From Candidatus Hinthialibacteria bacterium OLB16 (lineage in GTDB: Bacteria; Hinthialibacterota; Hinthialibacteria; OLB16), in NCBI GenBank assembly GCA_001567115.1, contig LMZT01000115.1, positions 122 through 64,121 of the forward strand: DNA of 64,000 nucleotides, given 5' to 3'. Shown one piece after another: positions 19,963 to 29,639 of this stretch (position 1 is its first letter; the number at the start of each line of letters is the position of its first letter). Below the pieces are notes generated by a model. The model worked only from the letters and a program-made list of their open reading frames with translations, made no database searches and was not told where the DNA came from. The position numbers and the translations under genes are program-made.

Positions 19963-20517
19963 GTGTCCATGATGCGCTTCCTCATCGCCCTGCTGTTTGT
20001 TCCAGTTCTTGCATGTGCAACTCCGGTCCATTTTTCAGGCATATATCAATCTCCCATGGGGGATGAGAGCTCCCTTCCCGGGTATGAAAACCAGGACTTG
20101 AGCACCTCGCCCATTGAACCCGGCATCCTTGACCTGATTGTACAAATCATTCCAGAAGGCGGAACATATCTTTACGAAAGCAATCGGACCTATTATGAGG
20201 TTCTGGCAGGGGTCACTCTGTTTCTGCTGGATTCGATGGGAGGGCCCTTGAGCCAGGTTTCTTTTTCTGAGAGCCGTTCGGGAGAGTTTGTCACCCCATT
20301 TATGTTCCGCGCCAGCCTGGCTTATGAGGTCATTCCATCGGCATTCGAGCTGTTTTTCGAGGGGCGTGATGCCCGTATGGAATGGCAGGTGAGTTTTTCT
20401 CCCCAACCTGTCGCAATGACAGCCATGAATAACCGATCCATGGTCCCTGAGCCTACAACAATACTGACTGTGGCAATTGGGGCCAGTGTTCTTTTCACCC
20501 GCCGCCGATCGGTTTGA
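19963..20517 (+). CDS. PEP-CTERM sorting-domain protein
   Basis: Signal peptide plus C-terminal VPEPTTILTVAIGASVLFTRRRSV (PEP motif, TM helix, Arg cluster). Confidence 0.7.
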   Translation: MSMMRFLIALLFVPVLACATPVHFSGIYQSPMGDESSLPGYENQDLSTSPIEPGILDLIVQIIPEGGTYLYESNRTYYEVLAGVTLFLLDSMGGPLSQVSFSESRSGEFVTPFMFRASLAYEVIPSAFELFFEGRDARMEWQVSFSPQPVAMTAMNNRSMVPEPTTILTVAIGASVLFTRRRSV

Positions 20518-20713
20518 GCCAGAGGGTTGAATCGGGATCTTTACTGCCCATCGAGGGGTGAAGGTTCATCCACTTCGGTATAAAACAGCGCGGTGGCATC
20601 GATCCCCTGCCTGAGGTTATTCTGCATGACACGGCTCGGCAGGGTCCCCAAGCCATCAGAGCGGCAAAGCCGAAGAGCAGGATAAAGCCCAGAATCAGGC
20701 GCATCACTTTCAT

Positions 20714-22053
20714 TCAGGGCGATACCCGTTCGAACAGAATTCCTCCGAATGCCAACCAGGCGGCAAGCAGGCTGAGCGCAAGATTGAAGGTCTGTCCGAT
20801 TAAATAGAGATAGATCGGCTTGCCTCCGATCATCTGTCCAGCGAGGGCTTTGAAATTCGATTCAAGGCCAATCGCCACAAAGGCCATGCAGAAAAGCCAG
20901 CCGCGAACATTGGCGGTCATCGGTTTTATGATCTGTTTCTCGACTGCCTCAGGCGAACCAAAAATCGGAACCAGGACAAAAGAAAACACCAGTGAGGCAG
21001 CCACAAAGCCGAGGATAAACTTCGGAAGCCGCACCCAGACCTCCAGAAGGGAGGGTCCATGGCCGGATGAATCGCGCTCGACCGATGTGACCCAGAAGAG
21101 TGCGATTGCAAATGCAATCACACCGATCAGGATGTTCTGGATCATTTTGACCACAGCCGCGATATCCCGGGCCTCATCACCGAGGAAAGCCGCCGCGGCG
21201 ACCACTGCCCCGGTGGCATCGATAGTTCCCCCCAGCCAGGCGGCTCCCACCCGCAGATCCATCCCGGTTGCTTGAACAATACCCGGCATGACGATCATCA
21301 TCAGCACTGTGAAGATCATGGTCATGCGACCCCAAGGGTCAGGTCTTCTTTTGTCGCTTTTGAAGCAGCAGCGGCGGCGATGGCTGCAGAAACTCCGCAC
21401 ACCGAGGTGGAGGCGGCAATCACCATCACAAAGGGGCGGTTGCTCATTCCCAGAACTTTCACTCCGAACCAGTACATGAAGACCACACAGATCGGAACAA
21501 CAGTCCAGCCGACAAAAAGCCCTGGCGGCCCGAGTTTGACCAGGTTTCCGAAAAGGATTTCAGCCCCGAGCAGAACAAGGCCTGTTTTGATGTAGAGTTC
21601 CGATTTCACGCCTTCCAGGAGCCAGCCTGGAACACCGACTGTGTTTGAAATCAGCAGCCCGAACAGCAATGCCCAGAGGGCATAAGGAAGATCCTTGGCC
21701 TTGATGGCAACCTGGCCCTCCAGAAGAAAAGAGGCCTCCGCAAGCAGCATGATGACTGTAAAGCCCAGGAGGAATGTCCAGACCCGCCCGCCCAGGACCC
21801 GCACACAGCTCATGAAAACCAGCGACAGGCCGCCCCACAGAAACAGGAGTGATACAAAAATATTTCCTCCATCCTTGGTGGTGTAGGCATCCAGCGGATT
21901 CGTGGTCCAGGTTCCGATTTTGGGAGCATGTGAAACCAGGCCTGTCGCTGCCAGGATCAGGATCAGGACTCCAATCCACACCGACCACCAGTCCTCGGAT
22001 TTGAGCGCAGAAACTTTTCCCCCGATTGGAATGAATTCTTCTGAAGTCGTCAT
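20714..22053 (-). CDS. YeiH/UPF0324-family (putative sulfate exporter family) membrane transporter, interrupted by an apparent 1-nt deletion near 21325
   Basis: N-part contains ASTSVCGVSAAIAAAAA (family GSS-ICG-AA motif); C-part continues in the other frame (…LTLGVA / MTMIFTVLMMIV…). Confidence 0.55.
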
Positions 22054-22190
22054 AATGAAATCAGACTTTAAAACTGACGAATCTGTTTGTCACCCGGGGC
22101 AGCGGACCCGTGGCTTTCCCTATTCCGATGAGTAATGGCATGCCTTTCGGTGGCCTTACATCCACAAGGGACGATCACCCTTTATCCGAA

Positions 22191-22212
22191 GGGGCACATC
22201 ATGCCGTGCCCC
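22191..22212. repeat. GGGGCAC-N8-GTGCCCC hairpin sharing the 14-mer CATGCCGTGCCCCT with a terminator hairpin at 42907-42924
   Basis: Direct sequence comparison of the two intergenic sites. Confidence 0.35.
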
Positions 22213-22325
22213 TACTCTCTCCGGTGATTGATCCCATCGATCGATCGGACTATCTTTTCCTCCATCCGATCCCCAATAACGCCTGAATTGAACAGCAGGC
22301 TTTGAGGATGCCATGAAAGGAAAGA

Positions 22326-24686
22326 TTGCACAGAATGATTCCAGTAACTGGACGAAAAGGAATGTGGATAGCAGTGATGCTCATAATCCTGCCAGCCTTT
22401 CTGCCATTGGCCTCATGGGCGAATCAGGAACCTGAATCCATAGAAAGCCGTTGGCCACGAGAGATAGCGAGGCCGGGTGGAAAGATCGTCATCTACCAGC
22501 CTCAGCTTTTATCACTCAAAGACATCAGCTTGACTGCACGGACAGCGGTGGCTGTAACCCCGAAGGGCAGCGGCCAGCCGATTTTTGGCACCATCTGGAT
22601 TACTGGGCGAATCCGCACAGACCGTGAAAACCGGCTGGTTCACTGTGAGAAATTTTTTATCACACAAGTGCGCTTTCCAGGTGCCACACGGGAGCAGAAA
22701 GTGCTTCTGCAGCAGATTCTGAAAGAGGAGGCGCCTCAAGGAGGAATCACCTTCTCTCTCGATGAGCTGGTGGCCATGCTGGAGCTGGCAGAAAGGTCCG
22801 AACAAACCTCCGAGCAGCTCGGAACCGCTCCGCCGGTGATTATTTCCACGACCTCTCCAACGATCCTGATCACACTGGATGGAGATCCCATCCTTCGGCC
22901 AGTACCTGGAAAGGGCCTCATGCGGGTGATAAACACCCCCTTTGCGATGGTTCAGGACACGGCTTCCGGGTTATTCTTTCTCCGAGCAGGTCAACAGTGG
23001 TGGAAAGCCCCGGCCTTCCAAGGCCCCTGGGAGGTTACAGAGGATCTGCCCGCCACTGTGTCTTCGCTTCTCCCTGCCCCGAAAAAGCCTGTTTTATCTT
23101 CCGGCCCGGACGGGCAGGAGATCCCCCGGATTGCTGTGGCCACAGAGCCGACCGAGCTGGTCGAACTCAGCGGTGAAGGGGAGCTGGGTTTTGTGGATGA
23201 AACAAAACTGTTCTATGTCGACAACTCAGACCGCGATATTTTTGTCGATGGAGACCAGCTTTATGTCCTTCTGTCCGGGCGCTGGTTCACAGCATCGTCA
23301 AAGAATGGCCCATGGTCTTATGTTCCACCGGTAAAGCTCCCGGAAGAGTTCAAAAAAATCCCAGCCACCTTCGAACGCAGCCATGTCCGTGTCCATATCG
23401 ATGGAACCAGAGAAGCTCAGGAGGCCAGGCTTGACACCTCCATACCCCAGACGGCGGCCATCAAACGTTCCGACCAGAGCCTGAAAGTTTATTATGATGG
23501 AGTGCCACAATTCGATCCGGTGGTTGGAACTCCATTCATGTATGCCACCAACACCCCCTTTGATGTTCTCGAACAGAATGGGCACTACCATTGCTGTTTT
23601 GAGGGAGTCTGGTACGACTCGGACAGTACCGATGGGCCTTGGACTGTATCGACCTCAGTTCCCTCCGAGGTTTCGGGAATCCCCCCCCAGTGCCCACTCT
23701 ATCCGGTCAAATTTGTGCACATTTATGACCACACAGAGGATGTGGTCTATGTTGGCTACACACCCGGATATCTCGGCTCATACATCCAGGATCAGGGTGT
23801 TGTTTTCGGGACAGGGCACCATTACCCATCCTGGTCCGGCAAGAAATATTTCCCGCATCAGGAGACTTATGGGTTTGCGGCTTTGTACGATCCCCTTTCA
23901 GGGAGCTGGATGTTTTCTCCCCCTCGGCTTGGGAAAGGGACCTGGGCAGACTCTGTCTTATCCGCACTCGAAGGTGGAGAAAAACCATGGCTCGGAGAGG
24001 AAGGCTGGTGGGGGATTGGAAATTATCCCGGGTTCGGTTCACACCTCAGGCCCCTTCTTGTCGCCAAAGATGAAATATCCATGCCGACCACCGAGCTCGA
24101 CAACCTGTATCTTCACCAGAAGCAACGGCTTGCGCAGGCATCCTGGGGCGGCCGCCTTCAGCGCGTGCCGGGGGGTGGCAACGAGGTTTGGGATAACGAT
24201 AAGTTGCCGGCAACTCCAAAGGCGGAGAGCTCCGCAGCATCACCAGGAGATGGGTCTGAGGCTGATGCAGCCATTCTCGGGAAAAGTTCAGATGAACGAT
24301 GGGAAAGCCTGAAACGCCTGTCGCAGGCTGAGCAGGAATCCCGGGAGGCCCAGGCGGCGGCCCGAAACAGCACAGCGGCGGTGACCGGCGACCTTTATAC
24401 AGACGAAGAGGGAAATGTCTATCACCAGGGAGATCATGGGTGGGAGAGCGTTGGTGGCAGCTCGGAAAGCCAGGCGGAAGAAAGCGCCAGAATTTCCAGC
24501 CGTAAGAAGGATCTGGACCGGGAATGTGACTCCCGGAAACGTGGCGTGAACCGGCGCCGTGACCTCATCCACAGCACAGGCCGGATGAGCCGTTCACGTG
24601 GGTTCGGCTCAGGCCTCGAGTACGAGAGCGCCTCGGATTTCTATGATGAAATGGGTTTTATCCGAATCCCGGCCTTTGGCCAGTAG
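22326..24686 (+). CDS. large hypothetical secreted protein (786 aa) with three W…GPW repeats and a charged C-terminal tail
   Basis: N-terminal signal peptide; repeats WWKAPAFQGPWEVTEDLP / WFTASSKNGPWSYVPPVKLP / WYDSDSTDGPWTVSTSVP; no family recognised. Confidence 0.5.
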   Translation: MHRMIPVTGRKGMWIAVMLIILPAFLPLASWANQEPESIESRWPREIARPGGKIVIYQPQLLSLKDISLTARTAVAVTPKGSGQPIFGTIWITGRIRTDRENRLVHCEKFFITQVRFPGATREQKVLLQQILKEEAPQGGITFSLDELVAMLELAERSEQTSEQLGTAPPVIISTTSPTILITLDGDPILRPVPGKGLMRVINTPFAMVQDTASGLFFLRAGQQWWKAPAFQGPWEVTEDLPATVSSLLPAPKKPVLSSGPDGQEIPRIAVATEPTELVELSGEGELGFVDETKLFYVDNSDRDIFVDGDQLYVLLSGRWFTASSKNGPWSYVPPVKLPEEFKKIPATFERSHVRVHIDGTREAQEARLDTSIPQTAAIKRSDQSLKVYYDGVPQFDPVVGTPFMYATNTPFDVLEQNGHYHCCFEGVWYDSDSTDGPWTVSTSVPSEVSGIPPQCPLYPVKFVHIYDHTEDVVYVGYTPGYLGSYIQDQGVVFGTGHHYPSWSGKKYFPHQETYGFAALYDPLSGSWMFSPPRLGKGTWADSVLSALEGGEKPWLGEEGWWGIGNYPGFGSHLRPLLVAKDEISMPTTELDNLYLHQKQRLAQASWGGRLQRVPGGGNEVWDNDKLPATPKAESSAASPGDGSEADAAILGKSSDERWESLKRLSQAEQESREAQAAARNSTAAVTGDLYTDEEGNVYHQGDHGWESVGGSSESQAEESARISSRKKDLDRECDSRKRGVNRRRDLIHSTGRMSRSRGFGSGLEYESASDFYDEMGFIRIPAFGQ

Positions 24687-24739
24687 CAGGGAATCGAGAT
24701 TCACTTTTGTTGTGCCGCCAGTCCCTGAGAGGTTCCACA

Positions 24740-26641
24740 TCAGGCGATCTGGGCGCTGCTTTCGGAATGGCGGTCGAAGGCGAAGAGGACCTTGAACTGC
24801 TCTTCGCACAGCCTTCGATAAAGACCATCCTGTTCCAGAAGGGAGCCATGGGTTCCGGTCTCCCGGATATGCCCCTCTTCGAGGACAATAATCCGGTCGG
24901 CATTCATCACTGTGGAGAGACGGTGCGCGATGATGAGAGTCGTGCGCCCGATGAGCAGTTGTGACAGTGCCTTTGAGATGGCATTTTCGGATTCACTGTC
25001 GAGCGCAGAGGTGGCTTCATCGAGGATCAGGATGGGCGGATCCTTCAGAAAGGCCCGTGCGATGGCGATGCGCTGTTTCTGCCCGCCGGACAGTCCTGTC
25101 CCTTTTTCACCCACCAGTGTTTCGTATCCATCAGGCAGGGCAATGATGAAATCATGGGCATTCGCTGCCTGGGCAGCCTGCCGGACCTGTTCCTGAGTCG
25201 CGGAAGGGTTCCCATACAGGATGTTCTCTTCGATGGTGCCGCTGAAGAGGATCACCTCCTGGGGAATCAGTCCGATCTGGTCGCGGAGAGATTTGACCCG
25301 GATATCCCGGATATCGTTCCCATCAAGAAAAATCTGCCCCTGGGAGATATCGAAGAAACGCGGGATCAACGAAACCAGGGATGATTTTCCTGCGCCACTC
25401 GGGCCGACCAGTGCAACTGTTGAATGAGGTTCGATGATCAGGTTGACATCCTTGAGGATGGGTGAACCTGGGGAATATTCAAACCACACATCCCGGAATT
25501 CGATCCGCCCCCGGACAGACTGGATATCACCTGCCCCCGGCCGGTCGACAATGTCCGGGACGACATCGAAAATTTCAAAAATTCTTTCCATGGCGGCGAG
25601 TGAGTTCTGAACGACAACATTCAAGTCGGCAAACCTTGTCAATGGTGTCTGGAATTGTGGAATGAGCAGAAGAAAGCTGGTCAATTCGCCTGGGCTAAGC
25701 CCTGCCTGGCGGGTTGTCATGCCACCTGCCGAATCGAGATGGACTGTGTGGAGCACCCGGGAAGCCCCCACCCAGAGAACCAGGAGCGGCGCAATGACAC
25801 TGAAGGAATGGAATATGGCATGAAAAAAAGCGCTGAAACGGGCATTCGAGATCTGCTCATGGTAAAGCTCGAGGTTCCCTGAAAGAAAGCGCCGCTGTTC
25901 TTTTCGCTCCCCATTGAATGCCTGGACAATCGCCATACCGGTGAGTTTTTCATGAACATGCCCACTCATCTCAGCCAGCCTTTGCTGCATCTGAAGGCTG
26001 GATTCTTTGATACGGGGATTGAAGTATCGGAAACAGAAGAATTGGAACGGAATCAATGCAAAGACCAGCAGTGCCAGTTGCCTGTCCTGGTAAAGCATGA
26101 TTCCGCCGATCAGGACAGCAGTCACGGCATCCATCCAGATATTGGTGCAGGCCGACCCGATGAAGTTTCGGGCCAGCTCGATATCACTGAACAGCCTCGA
26201 GAGCAGAGAGCCTGTCCTTTCGCGGGAATAGAAGCTGAGAGAAAGGCGCTGCATGTGCTGAAAGAGCGCCACACGCAGGCCAAGAATGCCGAGATATTGC
26301 GCTTTAGAGGCCAGGTAATGGCGGAAAAAAACACCGATCCCACAAAGCATGAATCCCGCAGCCAATCCGCTGCAGATCCAGTGGATCGAGTGTTGTTTAT
26401 CTTCCAGTGTCATGCTGCCGGATTGCAGGACACCATCCACAATCATCCCCGCAGCGACCGACCAGACCACCGGCATACCGAATTTGACGACACCGAGCAG
26501 GGTCGCACCGGCCAGCAGCAGGAGGTGAGGTCTGACATACCCGAGGAAACGGCGAAGCGGACTGGATGCGATGAAGAGAGATGCAAAAACTCCTGGATGA
26601 ACCAACCTGGAACCATGAACAGCCGATCGTGAACCGGTCAA
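24740..26641 (-). CDS. ABC transporter permease/ATP-binding protein (MsbA-like type I exporter)
   Basis: Six TM helices plus Walker A GPSGAGKSS, signature LSGGQKQR, Walker B ILILDEATSALD. Confidence 0.9.
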   Translation of the reverse strand: MTGSRSAVHGSRLVHPGVFASLFIASSPLRRFLGYVRPHLLLLAGATLLGVVKFGMPVVWSVAAGMIVDGVLQSGSMTLEDKQHSIHWICSGLAAGFMLCGIGVFFRHYLASKAQYLGILGLRVALFQHMQRLSLSFYSRERTGSLLSRLFSDIELARNFIGSACTNIWMDAVTAVLIGGIMLYQDRQLALLVFALIPFQFFCFRYFNPRIKESSLQMQQRLAEMSGHVHEKLTGMAIVQAFNGERKEQRRFLSGNLELYHEQISNARFSAFFHAIFHSFSVIAPLLVLWVGASRVLHTVHLDSAGGMTTRQAGLSPGELTSFLLLIPQFQTPLTRFADLNVVVQNSLAAMERIFEIFDVVPDIVDRPGAGDIQSVRGRIEFRDVWFEYSPGSPILKDVNLIIEPHSTVALVGPSGAGKSSLVSLIPRFFDISQGQIFLDGNDIRDIRVKSLRDQIGLIPQEVILFSGTIEENILYGNPSATQEQVRQAAQAANAHDFIIALPDGYETLVGEKGTGLSGGQKQRIAIARAFLKDPPILILDEATSALDSESENAISKALSQLLIGRTTLIIAHRLSTVMNADRIIVLEEGHIRETGTHGSLLEQDGLYRRLCEEQFKVLFAFDRHSESSAQIA

Positions 26642-26780
26642 TGACTGAAAAATCCCCCAAACATTAACTTACCAGCACAAATTTTATTATAACCAGCTGA
26701 ATATGGTGGATGGAAGGAGCATCGAGATGCTTGACACCCGATCCAAAGGAAGGTTATCTACATTCCAAAAGGAATCATTC

Positions 26781-27470
26781 ATGAACACGACGGTCATCCT
26801 GTTGCTGGTGCTGAGCCAGATTCCTGCTGGAGGCAAAAGCCCGCTTCTGGTCACTCGGGAACCTCTTTATATCGCCAGGGTCCAGTATTACGGAGGGGAT
26901 TACTACACCGACCCGACCGCACTGCCGAATCTGGCGGCATTTGCCAGCGAAAAGACCGGCACAACCTGGAAGCCGCTGGATGGTTCGGCCACCCTGCTCG
27001 ATCCGAAACTGAGTTCGTATCCAGTGTTGTACCTCACAGGGCATGGAGATATCCAGTTCAAGAATGCCGAGATCCTGGCTTTACGACAATACCTGGAGGA
27101 GGGTGGGTCCCTGCTGGTCAACGATAATGGGCCGGCGCGCAGCGGAAACTCCATCGATGCAGCCTTTCGGCGAGAAATCGCCCGGGTTCTTCCAGACCAT
27201 CCATTGATTGAACTCCCAAAGGATCATCCTGTATTCAGCTGCTATTTCCAGTTCCCGGATGGCATCCCGCAAATCCATCGCCATGATGAAGAGCAGCCTC
27301 CAAGGTTATACGGGATATATGTCCGTGAGCGCCTGGCGGTGCTGTATGACTGGAACAGTGACATCGGCAATGGCTGGGAGGATCCACAAGTTCATAAAGA
27401 CCCCGAAGAGAAACGCCGGGAAGCTCTCCGGATGGGTACCAACCTTCTGATGTATGCCCTGCTTCAATAG
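26781..27470 (+). CDS. DUF4159-like secreted protein
   Basis: Signal peptide; family assignment made from memory of the domain; RBS AAAGGAA upstream of ATG 26781. Confidence 0.45.
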   Translation: MNTTVILLLVLSQIPAGGKSPLLVTREPLYIARVQYYGGDYYTDPTALPNLAAFASEKTGTTWKPLDGSATLLDPKLSSYPVLYLTGHGDIQFKNAEILALRQYLEEGGSLLVNDNGPARSGNSIDAAFRREIARVLPDHPLIELPKDHPVFSCYFQFPDGIPQIHRHDEEQPPRLYGIYVRERLAVLYDWNSDIGNGWEDPQVHKDPEEKRREALRMGTNLLMYALLQ

Positions 27471-27474
27471 AAAA

Positions 27475-28410
27475 TCATTCGGTTGAAGATGCAATATGAT
27501 TGATCCTGTCTACCTCTGCCTGAGAGAGCGGATAATCGACAGCCTCGACAATCTCATCCAGCTGCATGGCATTGCGCGCCCCACAGATCGCGCAGGTCAG
27601 GCCCGGTTGAGCCAGCACCCAACTGACAGACAGCTGGGTCACTGTACACTCCCGCTTCTCGGCAAACTCTTTTAGCTGGTCGATGATCCGCAGGTTTCTC
27701 TGGAAGGCCTCCTCGGTGAAATCCGGATGATCGCGGCGGTGGTCGCCCTCCGGGAATTGCGACTGGGAGTCAAACTTCCCGGTCAGAAGCCCGGAGGCAA
27801 GCGGGCTGTAGGCCAGAACACCGATCTCATTCTCATCGCAGAATGGAAGCACTTCCGCCTCGATTTCACGGTGAAGGAGGTTATAAAGGGGCTGAATGGA
27901 TTCGTACCGTGCCGTGTCAAGAGCGACTTCGAGATCCCTGATCCCGAAGTTCGAGAGGCCGCCATAACGGATCTTGCCTTCCTTCTGGAGTTCCATGAGC
28001 GCCTCCATGGGTTCAGACACCGGGGTTTTGTTGTCCGGCCAGTGGATCTGATAGAGGTCGATCACCTCCCGTTTGAGGCGTTTGAGAGATGCTTCACAAG
28101 CCCGCTTGAGGTATGCCTTCTCATTGGAGACTCCAGTCATCCACTTATCATCGAACAGAACCGCTCCCTTGGTGGCAATATAAACATCCGACTGGCCCTC
28201 CAATCCCCTGGCCACGACTGATTCGGATCGCCCGCCGCCATAGATATCGGCTGTATCGAAAAAGTTGATGCCTGCATCCAGTGCAGCATGAATGGCTTCT
28301 ATGGATTCATCATCATCGGATTTTCCCCACCACCAGCCACCAAACGCCCAGGTGCCGAAGCAGATTCGGCTGACCCGCATGTCCGAACGGCCCAACTGAA
28401 GATAATCCAT
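27475..28410 (-). CDS. aldo/keto reductase
   Basis: ICFGTWAFGG…FFDTADIYGGG…, typical AKR signatures. Confidence 0.9.
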   Translation of the reverse strand: MDYLQLGRSDMRVSRICFGTWAFGGWWWGKSDDDESIEAIHAALDAGINFFDTADIYGGGRSESVVARGLEGQSDVYIATKGAVLFDDKWMTGVSNEKAYLKRACEASLKRLKREVIDLYQIHWPDNKTPVSEPMEALMELQKEGKIRYGGLSNFGIRDLEVALDTARYESIQPLYNLLHREIEAEVLPFCDENEIGVLAYSPLASGLLTGKFDSQSQFPEGDHRRDHPDFTEEAFQRNLRIIDQLKEFAEKRECTVTQLSVSWVLAQPGLTCAICGARNAMQLDEIVEAVDYPLSQAEVDRINHIASSTE

Positions 28411-28460
28411 TGTCCCTCTCCTCCCTTTTACAAGATTCCCGAACGAGATCCATGCTTCGT

Positions 28461-28490
28461 GAAAAAACCCCTGCCATGCTTTTCAGGGGC
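28461..28490 (-). promoter_or_regulatory. terminator-like hairpin plus T6 in the 5' leader region of AKR 27475..28410 (possible attenuator)
   Basis: Minus strand: CCCCTG-N10-CAGGGG followed by TTTTTT, located about 50 nt upstream of the AKR start. Confidence 0.35.
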
Positions 28491-28679
28491 TGGAAATGAA
28501 AAAAGTCTAGACGATCCATGAATTGGATAACAGAAGAAAAGGAAATTGTGGAAACCATTCCTTTCTGTTTCTCTGAAGTGTTGTTATGATGATCGTTGAT
28601 CCGGGAGTTGGCTTTGAAGGGCAGCCCCCCCTCACTACCCTTGATTTTGAATGATCGAGCCTGAAGGAGGATATCCATC

Positions 28680-29639
28680 ATGAATCGCCGCGAATTTCTG
28701 AAAACAGCCGCTGTCAGCACTGCTGTGCTGCAGATGAATCACGGCATAGGTGCCGATCCTGTCTATGCTCAGTCCTCATCATTTCCGAAACGGGAGTTCG
28801 GGCGTACCGGAGAAAAGATTTCAATCATCGGATTCGGTGGAATTGTCGTCACCGATCAGGAACAAGCCGATGCCAACCGTTATGTCGCTGAAGCAGTGGA
28901 GCGTGGGATCAATTATTTCGATGTGGCCCCCACTTATGGAGATGCGGAAATCAAGCTCGGGCCTGCCCTCGAACCTTACCGTAAAGGTGTATTCCTGGCC
29001 TGCAAAACCACCGAAAGAACCCGGGAGAAAGCCGAAGCGGAACTGCAACGGTCCCTGGAAAGGCTGCGCACCGATCATTTCGATCTTTATCAGCTGCATG
29101 GCCTGGTCGATGTGGCCAAGGATGTGGATGTTGCTTTTGGAAAAGGGGGAGCCATGGAGCTGTTCATCGAGGCCAGGAAAAGTGGAAAAATCCGTCACAT
29201 TGGCTTCTCGGTTCATTCAGTTGAAGCCGCCCTGGCTGCGATGGACCGTTTCGATTTCGACTCGATCCTTTTCCCGGTCAATTTCGCCTGCTATTCCAAG
29301 GGGGATTTCGGACCTCAGATCATGAAGAAGGCCAGAGAGAAAGGGATGGCATGTCTGGCGCTGAAGGCACTGGCACGGCAGAAATGGCCGGACAATGACC
29401 CCGCACGCGCTGCTTATCCCAAGTGCTGGTACCAACCCCTGTCCGATCAGCGCGAGATGGATTTGGGTTTGAGGTTCACACTCAGCCAGCCGATTGTTGC
29501 CGCGATCCCTCCCGGAGAGATCGACCTGTTCCGGAAGGCGATGGACATTGCACAGTCATTCAAACCGATCACGGAGGGGGAGCTCGAGGAGCTCTACCAG
29601 CTGGCTTCGAGCCTGAATCCGATATTCAGTGTGGCATGA
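28680..29639 (+). CDS. aldo/keto reductase with Tat signal peptide
   Basis: MNRREFLKTAAVSTAVLQ twin-arginine motif; AKR fold motifs (DVAPTYGDAE, LQRSLERL). Confidence 0.85.
   Translation: MNRREFLKTAAVSTAVLQMNHGIGADPVYAQSSSFPKREFGRTGEKISIIGFGGIVVTDQEQADANRYVAEAVERGINYFDVAPTYGDAEIKLGPALEPYRKGVFLACKTTERTREKAEAELQRSLERLRTDHFDLYQLHGLVDVAKDVDVAFGKGGAMELFIEARKSGKIRHIGFSVHSVEAALAAMDRFDFDSILFPVNFACYSKGDFGPQIMKKAREKGMACLALKALARQKWPDNDPARAAYPKCWYQPLSDQREMDLGLRFTLSQPIVAAIPPGEIDLFRKAMDIAQSFKPITEGELEELYQLASSLNPIFSVA

Noticed and set aside
20495-20713. 72-aa minus-strand ORF immediately downstream of, and in frame with, the YeiH-like gene
   Set aside because: It has a hydrophobic N-terminus but no RBS or motif. 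Given the indel-prone assembly it could equally be read-through noise. Left unannotated.
22191-22212. Sigma54 promoter reading of the GGCAC…TGCC motif
   Set aside because: The GG-to-GC spacing is 10, not the required 12, and there is no TTGCW element.
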